Shown: positions 18,278-25,156 of the stretch, piece by piece
How positions within the stretch are numbered: position 1 is the first letter of the stretch
Layout: every line of letters starts with the position of its first letter
Source of the DNA: Granulicella sp.
Lineage (GTDB): Bacteria > Acidobacteriota > Terriglobia > Terriglobales > Acidobacteriaceae
Length of the DNA: 25,156 nt
Reading direction: 5' to 3'
Assembly: GCA_027339965.1 (NCBI GenBank)
Contig: DAHWNL010000050.1
Location: 1-25,156, forward strand
Made by a program: the position numbers and the translations under genes
The notes under the pieces: model-generated
The model's input: the letters and a program-made list of their open reading frames with translations, nothing else
Database searches by the model: none
What the model was told of the DNA's origin: nothing

Positions 18278-18339
18278 GTTCCTCGCTCTCTTCAGGATGC
18301 CGAGAAACGTTCCTCGCTCTCTTCAGGATGCCGAGAAAC
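18278..18339. repeat. Perfect 31-bp tandem duplication
   Basis: GTTCCTCGCTCTCTTCAGGATGCCGAGAAAC occurs twice (18278-18308 and 18309-18339). Confidence 0.95.
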
Positions 18340-18375
18340 GCTGAGAAGAGAGGGACTGCCGGGGATGGGCGTTGC

Positions 18376-18401
18376 AGAGATGCCTGGCCAAAGGCATCTC
18401 T
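18376..18401. other. Perfect 10-bp stem-loop downstream of the BI-1 gene
   Basis: AGAGATGCCT-ggccaa-AGGCATCTCT, with no U-tract on either side. Confidence 0.5.
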
Positions 18402-18458
18402 CCGGGGACGAGACCCGACGGCATGGGGATTCGGGATCCGTTTCGGCAGAAACAGTCT

Positions 18459-19172
18459 CTAATCGCGGCGGCGACCGCCGGTGAAGATCTCCGTAAGGGC
18501 CAGGAAGATGTTGATGCCGTCGAGGTAGATGCTCAGGGCTAGTTCCACGGCGGTGGCTCCGTCGCCGCCGTTGCGGATGCGCATGAAGTCCACAACCACC
18601 AGAACGCTGAAGATCGCCAGCGTTGCGTAAGAGTAGAACGTCGGGCTGATGAAATGGAAGAAGATGCTGAGCACGCCCGCCAGCACCAGGACCAGGAGCG
18701 CAGCGAAGACGTAATTCTGAACCCGGCGATAGTCGAAGGTAAAGATCTGCGCGCCCATGCCTAGACAAGCCATTCCGACCGCAGTGGTGAGGGCGGCGTT
18801 GAAGACTACATCCGAGTGGCCAGTGTGCATCAGCATGTTGATCCAGGGGCTGATCTGGAAGCCCATCGCCAGCGCCAGCAGAAGGAAGAGCCCGAAGGAG
18901 AGGAGGGCATTCTGGCGCGAGGCGCGGATGGCGAAGATCAGCCCGAAGGTGGCGATGATGCAGAGCCAGGAGACAGGGCCGGCGAAGTACGGCGGAGCCG
19001 CGGCGATGCCGATGGCGGAGACGAAGAAGCCCAGGGAGGCGATGACCAGAACGCGGCTGAGCAGCGAGGATGCGGACTGGGTGCGTGCCTGACCGAAGGC
19101 GCTGGAGCGGCTGAAGCCGCCGTTGCTGGCGTCGATGATGATGGGGTTGCTACGGGTTTCGCGGGGTTCCAT
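18459..19172 (-). CDS. Bax inhibitor-1/YccA family membrane protein, 237 aa
   Basis: About 7 hydrophobic segments and the C-terminal signature ALSIYLDGINIFLAL. Confidence 0.88.
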   Translation of the reverse strand: MEPRETRSNPIIIDASNGGFSRSSAFGQARTQSASSLLSRVLVIASLGFFVSAIGIAAAPPYFAGPVSWLCIIATFGLIFAIRASRQNALLSFGLFLLLALAMGFQISPWINMLMHTGHSDVVFNAALTTAVGMACLGMGAQIFTFDYRRVQNYVFAALLVLVLAGVLSIFFHFISPTFYSYATLAIFSVLVVVDFMRIRNGGDGATAVELALSIYLDGINIFLALTEIFTGGRRRD

Positions 19173-19183
19173 AGTCTCTCTCT

Positions 19184-19298
19184 TATAGCATTTTCAGTGT
19201 TGATGGGTGTCCCGAAGAGGGCTTACAGCGGCGTTTTCATTGGGGAAAACGCCCATAGAAGTCGAGGCATTGGGTACAACTACACTGAAACTGCTTGA
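19184..19298. mobile_element. MITE-like palindromic element, copy B (inverted relative to copy A)
   Basis: Manual alignment to the reverse complement of 5045-5160 gives 7 substitutions and 1 indel (about 93%). Same terminal repeats and GGCGTTTTC/GAAAACGCC hairpin; the right-hand TA reads GA. Confidence 0.8.
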
Positions 19299-19339
19299 GC
19301 GTTCCATTCTTTCCGATAGACCTTCGGGAAGGGTTCCGG

Positions 19340-20458
19340 TCATTGTGCTTCCAATGGCCTGGCCGTGGCCCCATCCGCGTCTTCCAAGGTATTGGATGCG
19401 CCGGACGAGCCGGGCGATGGTTGGGCAACTGCATCGGCGGTGGCTGGGAACTGGACGGCGGCATCTTCGGCAGCTGGGGGCTGGGCCTCCGCACGGTCGC
19501 TAGTTTGGGGCTCTGCCTCCATAGGAATCTCCTCTTGAACGGCGTCGTTGAGCTCTCCGGCGATTCTCTCGAACTCCTCGATGCTGGGGAGTTCGTTGAT
19601 GTCCTTGAGGCCGAAGCGGAGCAGAAACTCTTTGGTGGTCTTGTAGAGGATAGGCCGGCCGATGACCTGTTTGCGGCCGGCGGTGGTAATCAGCTTGCGG
19701 GACAGCAGCGAGCCGAGGACCCCGGCCGAGTCCACGCCGCGAATCTCGGAGACCTCCGGGGCAGTGACGGGCTGCTTGTAGGCGACCACAGCCAGGGTCT
19801 CCAGGGCCTGCAAGGAGAGCTTCAAAGGCGGCTTGAGGGACTTGACGAAGCCTCGGACAGCGTCGTGGAACTCCGGCTTGGTCGCCAGGCGGAAGCCGCT
19901 GGCGACCTCGCGGATCTCCAGGCCCCGGTCTCCGTTGGCGTAGTCGGCGATCAGTTGATCGAGGAGAGAACGGAAGTACTCTCGTAACCTGCGCGCGGCC
20001 AGTTTCTGGCCGGCTTCGCTGAGCTGGCCAGAAGCCGGCAGCGCGTCGGCTGGATCGGAGGATGTCTCTGAAGTGGTTGCAGAATCGTGGGTTGTAGCGA
20101 CTCGGGAGGTGGAGGGGCCGGCTTCAGGGTCCGTCTCCCGATCGTTTTCCTTGGGCTGTTCCGCGGGGTTGGCGTGGACGGGGCCCTCCGGCGGCGCATC
20201 GTCCGCTGCGGAAGAGAGGGTGAGCGCGCCGGGATCCGCGTTCTGTTGGGCTTCCAGCGTGACTTCGGGGTCCGCTTCGTTCCGGGTGTCGGGTGGGTCG
20301 TGCGGCGAGGCTCCCACCAGGGTGAGAGGGTGCTGCTGGGCAGCGATGGCGTCCAGTTCCGCCTGACCCTCCTCTCCGAGCAGGCCGATGAGTTGGGCGA
20401 GGGTGACGGGCTCTTCGGCGGCGTAGATGACGGCTTCGATCTTGGCTTTGAGACTCAT
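19340..20458 (-). CDS. scpB: SMC-Scp complex subunit ScpB with a long low-complexity insertion, 372 aa
   Basis: IEAVIYAAEEPVT, GLEIREVASGFRLATK, LSLQALETLAVVAYKQPVT, GRPILYKTTKEFLLRFGL. Confidence 0.93.
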   Translation of the reverse strand: MSLKAKIEAVIYAAEEPVTLAQLIGLLGEEGQAELDAIAAQQHPLTLVGASPHDPPDTRNEADPEVTLEAQQNADPGALTLSSAADDAPPEGPVHANPAEQPKENDRETDPEAGPSTSRVATTHDSATTSETSSDPADALPASGQLSEAGQKLAARRLREYFRSLLDQLIADYANGDRGLEIREVASGFRLATKPEFHDAVRGFVKSLKPPLKLSLQALETLAVVAYKQPVTAPEVSEIRGVDSAGVLGSLLSRKLITTAGRKQVIGRPILYKTTKEFLLRFGLKDINELPSIEEFERIAGELNDAVQEEIPMEAEPQTSDRAEAQPPAAEDAAVQFPATADAVAQPSPGSSGASNTLEDADGATARPLEAQ

Positions 20459-20471
20459 GGATGCAGGGTTG

Positions 20472-20480
20472 AGTGTATCA
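20472..20480 (-). promoter_or_regulatory. Putative extended -10 promoter (TGaTACACT) for scpB
   Basis: TGn-TAnnnT 13 nt upstream of ATG 20458, with no SD. Confidence 0.45.
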
Positions 20481-20528
20481 ATCCTCTGCCCGGCCTGCAC
20501 CCTGGACCCCAGTCTGCGAGCCCGATCG

Positions 20529-20624
20529 GGAATCCGGTCCGGAATCGGGTCTGGAACCGCCTCTGGAACCGACTCTGGAACCGCCTCTCGATCCCGGACC
20601 GGATTCCGCTTTGGAGTCCGCTTT
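20529..20624. repeat. Eight degenerate 12-bp tandem units containing a perfect 14-bp inverted repeat
   Basis: Units: GGAATCCGGTCC, GGAATCGGGTCT, GGAACCGCCTCT, GGAACCGACTCT, GGAACCGCCTCT, CGATCCCGGACC, GGATTCCGCTTT, GGAGTCCGCTTT. Inverted repeat at 20529-20542 / 20594-20607. Confidence 0.8.
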
Positions 20625-20702
20625 GAGCCGGCAGGCTGATCCGGGTCTGAAGATGAAGCTGGGCTTGGATCCGGGCCGCCGCTCGATGAAGGGCAAGGAG
20701 GG

Positions 20703-22334
20703 TTAGTGGACGAAGAGGTGGAAGAGGTAAAACAGTGCTCCGGAGAGCAGTGCGGCGATGGGAAGCGTGAAGACCCAGGCCATGACGATATTGCGGATCG
20801 TGGTCCATTGCAAACCGCTTCCGTTCGCGGTCATGGTGCCCGCTATGCCGGAGTTGAGCACGTGGGTGGTGCTGACGGGTAGGCCCCAGGCCCCGGCGGC
20901 CAGAATGGTGACCATGGCGACCAGTTGAGCGGCCGCGCCCTGGGCGTAGGTAAGGTGGGTCTTGCCGATCCTTTCGCCCACGGTGACCACGATGCGCCGC
21001 CAGCCGACCATGGTGCCAAGACCGAGCGCCAAGGCCACAGCAACCTTGACCCAGATGGGAATGAAGCGGATGGAGCGATTGAGGAACTTCTGGTAGGCGG
21101 AGAGGATGGCGGCGTCCTTGGCGTCGAACTGCGGCGCGCCCTTCTTCCCCTGGAGCAGATGCAGGGCCTGGCTACACAGGAACATCTGGTTGCTGATGGC
21201 CGGCTGCCGAGCCGGCGGAATGGTCGCCAGCGAGGCGTAAGACGCACTCTCGGCGGCCAGAGTATTCATCTCCGTCTGGAGCGAGGGAAGTACGCCTCGG
21301 TCGTAGGTCTTGGTGGCGATGAAGTGCTGCAGCTCCGCGCCCGCGGCGGAGAGTGAGGGGGCCTGAGAGGGACCGGGTCCCAGGGAGTGACCAATGGCGG
21401 TTGCGGCTTGCCGGGAGAGAACGGCAAAGTCCTGTGCGCCGCGCAGGTGAACCTGATGATTCAGGGCAAAGGCGGTGGGAACGGTGCCCACCAGGATCAG
21501 CATGATAAGGCCCATCCCCTTTTGCCCGTCATTGGAGCCATGAGCGTAAGAGACGCCGCCGCAGGTGAGGACGAGCAGAGCCCGAATATAGAACGGCGGT
21601 GGCGTGGAGCCCTTCGGCTCCTGATAGAGGCGAGGGTCGCGCCGGGCCAGGCGGAAGAGCAACAGCGCCAGGCCGCCGAAGCAGAAACCGATGGCGGGCG
21701 AGATGAGCAACGCGACCAGCACCCGCTGGGTCTGGCCCGAGTCCAGGGACGCTGATTGAGCCCCGAGGATGAGGCGGTAGCTGAGAGCTACGCCCAGGAT
21801 GGAGCCGATGAGGGTGTGGGAACTGGAGACGGGCAGACCCTTCCACCAGCTTCCGATATTCCATAGGATGGCGGCGATGAGCACCGCGAAGACCATCGAA
21901 AAGCCAGAACCATGGCTGATCTGGAGAAAGATCTCCACCGGCAGCAGACCGATGATGGCGAAGGCTACGGCTCCGGAGCTGAAGAGCACGCCGAGGAAGT
22001 TCAGAATGCCGGAGAAGACCACTGCGACATAAGGATCCAGGGAGTGGGTGTAGATGACCGTGGCGACCGCGTTGGCGGTATCCAGAAAGCCATTGACGAA
22101 CTCAAAGGCCAGAGCACTGAGAAGAGCGATCCCCAGCAACAGCAAAGGAAAGATGGAATGAAGGCGGGCTGCGGAGAGATCCAGCTTAAGGGCGTTGCCG
22201 ATGTACAGCAATCCGCCCAGAAGAAGAAGGCTGAAGGCGAGTACACCCCACCTGCCCGGGGAAGACTGGGAGAGCTTCTTGTCTAGGATTGAGGTGGATC
22301 TTGCGGCTTGCGGAGTGAGAACGGGCACGGCCAT
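20703..22334 (-). CDS. Inorganic phosphate transporter, PiT (PitA-like) family, 543 aa
   Basis: FEFVNGFLDTANAVATVIYT, GLPVSSSHTLIGS, HGSNDGQKGMG, GLPVSTTH. GAGGTAGGA lies upstream of the ATG. Confidence 0.92.
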   Translation of the reverse strand: MAVPVLTPQAARSTSILDKKLSQSSPGRWGVLAFSLLLLGGLLYIGNALKLDLSAARLHSIFPLLLLGIALLSALAFEFVNGFLDTANAVATVIYTHSLDPYVAVVFSGILNFLGVLFSSGAVAFAIIGLLPVEIFLQISHGSGFSMVFAVLIAAILWNIGSWWKGLPVSSSHTLIGSILGVALSYRLILGAQSASLDSGQTQRVLVALLISPAIGFCFGGLALLLFRLARRDPRLYQEPKGSTPPPFYIRALLVLTCGGVSYAHGSNDGQKGMGLIMLILVGTVPTAFALNHQVHLRGAQDFAVLSRQAATAIGHSLGPGPSQAPSLSAAGAELQHFIATKTYDRGVLPSLQTEMNTLAAESASYASLATIPPARQPAISNQMFLCSQALHLLQGKKGAPQFDAKDAAILSAYQKFLNRSIRFIPIWVKVAVALALGLGTMVGWRRIVVTVGERIGKTHLTYAQGAAAQLVAMVTILAAGAWGLPVSTTHVLNSGIAGTMTANGSGLQWTTIRNIVMAWVFTLPIAALLSGALFYLFHLFVH

Positions 22335-22601
22335 TGTCGTAGAGTCCTACCTCACGCTTCGGCGAGTTAGGAACGCATCCGGCTTCTTCGAGAAGGATTT
22401 CATACGTCAGTGCGTGTGGTGATGCCTTGGGTCCCTTAAAAGTCTACCCTCTCCGGAGTGTTGCGGGCTAGGCGAAACGGAGATTGCGGTTCCCAATCGA
22501 GGCAGACCAAGCCGGCCTCGGCCACCGTCCCGGGGGACAGGCTGACCATGGCGCTACGAGCCGGTGTGTTCTCCCTGGACTGACTCCAGGGAGAAAAATC
22601 C

Positions 22602-23660
22602 TCAGCCCCAATCGTCGCGGACGGAGGCTTGCTCGGCGAAGATCTGATCAAATCGCTCCGATTTTTTGATCAGGATGTCGCCAAAGTGCTCGGCCTGGCG
22701 GAGCAGGATCGCTTGTAGTCGGACCAGTTCCAGCATGGCCAGAAAGGTGCAAATCACGGCGCGCTCGCTGCGGGTGTTCTGCATCAGGCGGCGCAGGCTG
22801 ACGGGTTTGTCCTCCATCAGGAGCCGGCGCTTGACGAAGTCGATCATCTGCGCCACCGTGACCGTCTCTTCGTCGATGTTATGGACGGGCCGCTCACGCA
22901 GGCGCTTCAGCACATCCTGGAAGACTCGCACCAGGTCGATGGTGTCGGCGTCGATCTCGCGGTCCAGCTCGGCCAGACGGTCCGCGGAGGCCAATCCCTG
23001 CTCCTGCAGGAAGCTTTTGAGGCCAGGATGGGTCCAGCTTGCCTCTTCCAGGAGCTGCTTCTGCTGCAGCATCTGGGCAGCGGCTTTGAAGCGTTCGTGC
23101 TCGAGCAGGCGCTCGACCAGTTCGCGCCGCGGATCCTCGGCCTCGGGCCCGGAGGTGAGCGGGTTGCGCGGCAGCAACATGCGGCTCTTGATGTGAATCA
23201 GCAGCGACGCGACGTAGATGAACTCGCCGGCGGCATCCATGTCCGTCTCTTTCAGGTGGTGGGTGTAGGCCAGAAACTGTGCCGTGATCTTGGCGATCGG
23301 GATGTCATAGATGTCGATGTTCTGTTTGCGGATAAGATCCAGCAGGAGGTCGAGCGGACCATCGTAGACCTGGCCCACGGTGATGCTGAAGGGGGACTGC
23401 GACTCGTCATCGCGGGAGCTCTCGTGCCTCCTGTCGCGGTCACCCCGTTTGGAGGTCTGGGGCTCCGGTGTAGGGGGATGTTCGAGCACGAAGGGCTCGT
23501 GCCGGCCCGCTGCGCCGAGGGGATCCGAGGCGGCATCGGCAGCGATGCGCTCCGGCCCGGGAGAACTTGGGTCCGGCTCCTGCTGACGATTGGCGGAGCC
23601 GGCGGCAGACTCCGCGGGAGGTTGATCGGGCTCGAGCTCCTTGCGGTTGTCTTTGCTCAT
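22602..23660 (-). CDS. scpA: Segregation and condensation protein A (kleisin) with a disordered N-terminal extension, 352 aa
   Basis: YDGPLDLLLDLIRKQNIDIYDIPIAKITAQF, IKSRMLLP, EDPRRELVERL, TFLAMLELVR. Confidence 0.93.
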   Translation of the reverse strand: MSKDNRKELEPDQPPAESAAGSANRQQEPDPSSPGPERIAADAASDPLGAAGRHEPFVLEHPPTPEPQTSKRGDRDRRHESSRDDESQSPFSITVGQVYDGPLDLLLDLIRKQNIDIYDIPIAKITAQFLAYTHHLKETDMDAAGEFIYVASLLIHIKSRMLLPRNPLTSGPEAEDPRRELVERLLEHERFKAAAQMLQQKQLLEEASWTHPGLKSFLQEQGLASADRLAELDREIDADTIDLVRVFQDVLKRLRERPVHNIDEETVTVAQMIDFVKRRLLMEDKPVSLRRLMQNTRSERAVICTFLAMLELVRLQAILLRQAEHFGDILIKKSERFDQIFAEQASVRDDWG

Positions 23661-23850
23661 GGTTGGGTTAACCTCTGGACTTGCCTCGAACCGTTGTGCC
23701 CCGAAGGTCTGGCGTTCTGACGGCCTGGCAAGCGGCTTGCATATCGCCTTGGATGAGGGCTCCTGCGCCGCAGGAGCCCGCTGGTTGGCGTGGTGGGCGA
23801 GTGATCCAGCGGCCAGTCAGTGGCGGCGTCCGCTCTCGGCCGGCTCATCC

Positions 23851-24954
23851 TCAGGCCAGTCCCATGGCCAGTTGGACCTCTTCGAGGGTCTGCTGGGCTC
23901 GCTTGGTGGCGCGCTCCCGGCCGTTGGCCAGGACGTCCTTGACGACCTGGGGACGGTGCTCCAGATCGCGGCGATGATCCTGGATGGGAGCGATGCGTCC
24001 GACGATGGCGTCAGCCACCCAGCTCTTGCACTCGATGCAGCCGATGGAGGCGGACCGGCAGCCCTCAGCGGCCTTAAGCTGGGTCTCTTCGGTGCTGAAC
24101 ACCTTGTGCAGATCGAAGACCGGGCAGCGGTCAGGATTGCCGACGTCGCTGCGGCGGATGCGCGCCGGGTCCGTCACCATGGTCTTGAGTTTGGCGCGGA
24201 TCTCGGACGGAGGCTCAGAGAGCATGATGGTGTTGGCGTAGCTCTTGGACATCTTGCGACCATCCAGCCCGGGGAGCTTGGGGCTGGGGGTGAGCAGGAC
24301 GTCCGGCTCGGGCAGAATGGCGGAGATCTTGCGGGATTCGCCCTCCAGAGCAGCCATCTTCTCCTTGTCGGAGGCGGCAGCCTGGAAGTGCTTCTCGACC
24401 GCGGCGGAACGTGGACTGTAGAAGAGGTTGAAGCGGCGGGCGATCTCGCGGGTGAGTTCGACGTGTGCCACCTGGTCTGCCCCGACCGGGACGAAGTCCG
24501 GCTTGTAGAGCAGGATGTCGGCGGCCTGGAGCAGAGGATAACCAAGGAAGCCGTAGGTGTTCAGCTCTTTGCTGGTGAGTTGTGCCTGCTGATCTTTGTA
24601 GCTGGGCACGCGCTCCAGCCAGGGGATGGGCGTCATCATGCTGAAGAGCGTGAAGAGCTGGGCGTGGTGCATCACCTCGGACTGCTTGAAGATGACGGCT
24701 CGGCCAGGGTCCAGACCGGCGGCGAGAAAGTCCAGGGCAACGTCTTGGATGTTCGCTCGCAGCAGTGAGGTGTCGGCGTAGTCGGTGGTCAGGGCGTGCA
24801 GGTCAGCGATGAAGAAGTAGCAGTCGTACTCCTGCTGCAGGTGAACCCAGTTGTAAAGTGCTCCCATGTAATTGCCGAGGTGCAGGCGGCCGGTGGGACG
24901 CATGCCGGAGAGGACGCGGGGGTGGGTTGCTGTACGTGAAGAAGTAGCGCTCAT
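23851..24954 (-). CDS. trpS: Tryptophan--tRNA ligase, 367 aa
   Basis: SGMRPTGRLHLGN (HIGH motif), ADLHALT, YPLLQAADIL, VPVGADQ, KMSKS. Start set at ATG 24954. Confidence 0.96.
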   Translation of the reverse strand: MSATSSRTATHPRVLSGMRPTGRLHLGNYMGALYNWVHLQQEYDCYFFIADLHALTTDYADTSLLRANIQDVALDFLAAGLDPGRAVIFKQSEVMHHAQLFTLFSMMTPIPWLERVPSYKDQQAQLTSKELNTYGFLGYPLLQAADILLYKPDFVPVGADQVAHVELTREIARRFNLFYSPRSAAVEKHFQAAASDKEKMAALEGESRKISAILPEPDVLLTPSPKLPGLDGRKMSKSYANTIMLSEPPSEIRAKLKTMVTDPARIRRSDVGNPDRCPVFDLHKVFSTEETQLKAAEGCRSASIGCIECKSWVADAIVGRIAPIQDHRRDLEHRPQVVKDVLANGRERATKRAQQTLEEVQLAMGLA

Positions 24955-25156
24955 GGCTGGAGCTTCAAGGATACAACGGTGCGGGGTTCGAAGGGAGGTT
25001 GAGCAAGCATCTACAGGCCGGGGACGCGTCATGGATCCGTCGGCAGAAGTCATCTCTCACAATCCGGCTTCACAGATCCGGAAATCATAGAACGACAAAG
25101 AAGCCGCTCGAGATGGATCTGCGAGGTTCCCTTACACGGTGGAAGGATGTTTGACA

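Noticed and set aside
18278..18339. Possible mini-CRISPR (31-bp repeat)
   Set aside because: The copies are directly adjacent with no spacer, and no cas genes are present.
17026..18462. 478-aa plus-strand ORF
   Set aside because: Antisense shadow of rluB with no recognisable motifs. Long opposite-strand frames are expected in high-GC coding DNA.
20529..20624. Possible CRISPR array or repeat-protein gene
   Set aside because: Units are 12 bp, degenerate and unspaced. The overlapping short ORFs only reflect the repeat.
24955..25156. T-box riboswitch or Trp attenuator upstream of trpS
   Set aside because: I found no T-box antiterminator consensus, U-tailed terminator or Trp-rich leader peptide.

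Overview
A GC-rich bacterial chromosomal window. The style of ScpA/ScpB/TrpS suggests Acidobacteriota, but this is an inference and was not searched. From the left it holds the 3' end of a GH128-type glycoside hydrolase, an Fe-S repair protein (Ric), a cupin and a small hypothetical gene. A convergent sugar-acid catabolism cluster follows (Zn-dehydrogenase + SDR on +; lactonase-uxuA-SDR and an ACS-type MFS transporter on -), then a secreted alpha/beta hydrolase, galU, an aldo/keto reductase, a DUF885 protein and a DEAD-box helicase. The right end is the housekeeping block trpS-scpA-scpB-rluB, interrupted by a PiT transporter and a BI-1/YccA gene. I saw no rRNA, tRNA, CRISPR array, transposase or phage gene. 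Best observations: (1) two ~93% identical inverted copies of a ~116-bp TA-flanked MITE-like element, one apparently clipping the MFS C-terminus; (2) a translationally coupled lactonase-mannonate dehydratase-aldose dehydrogenase-like operon, a candidate non-phosphorylative D-mannose/mannonate route; (3) a hydrolase whose signal peptide has no ATG/GTG/TTG start, with ATC behind an SD-like site; (4) a long, structured leader on the DEAD-box helicase. Family calls come from motif recognition only; no searches were run.
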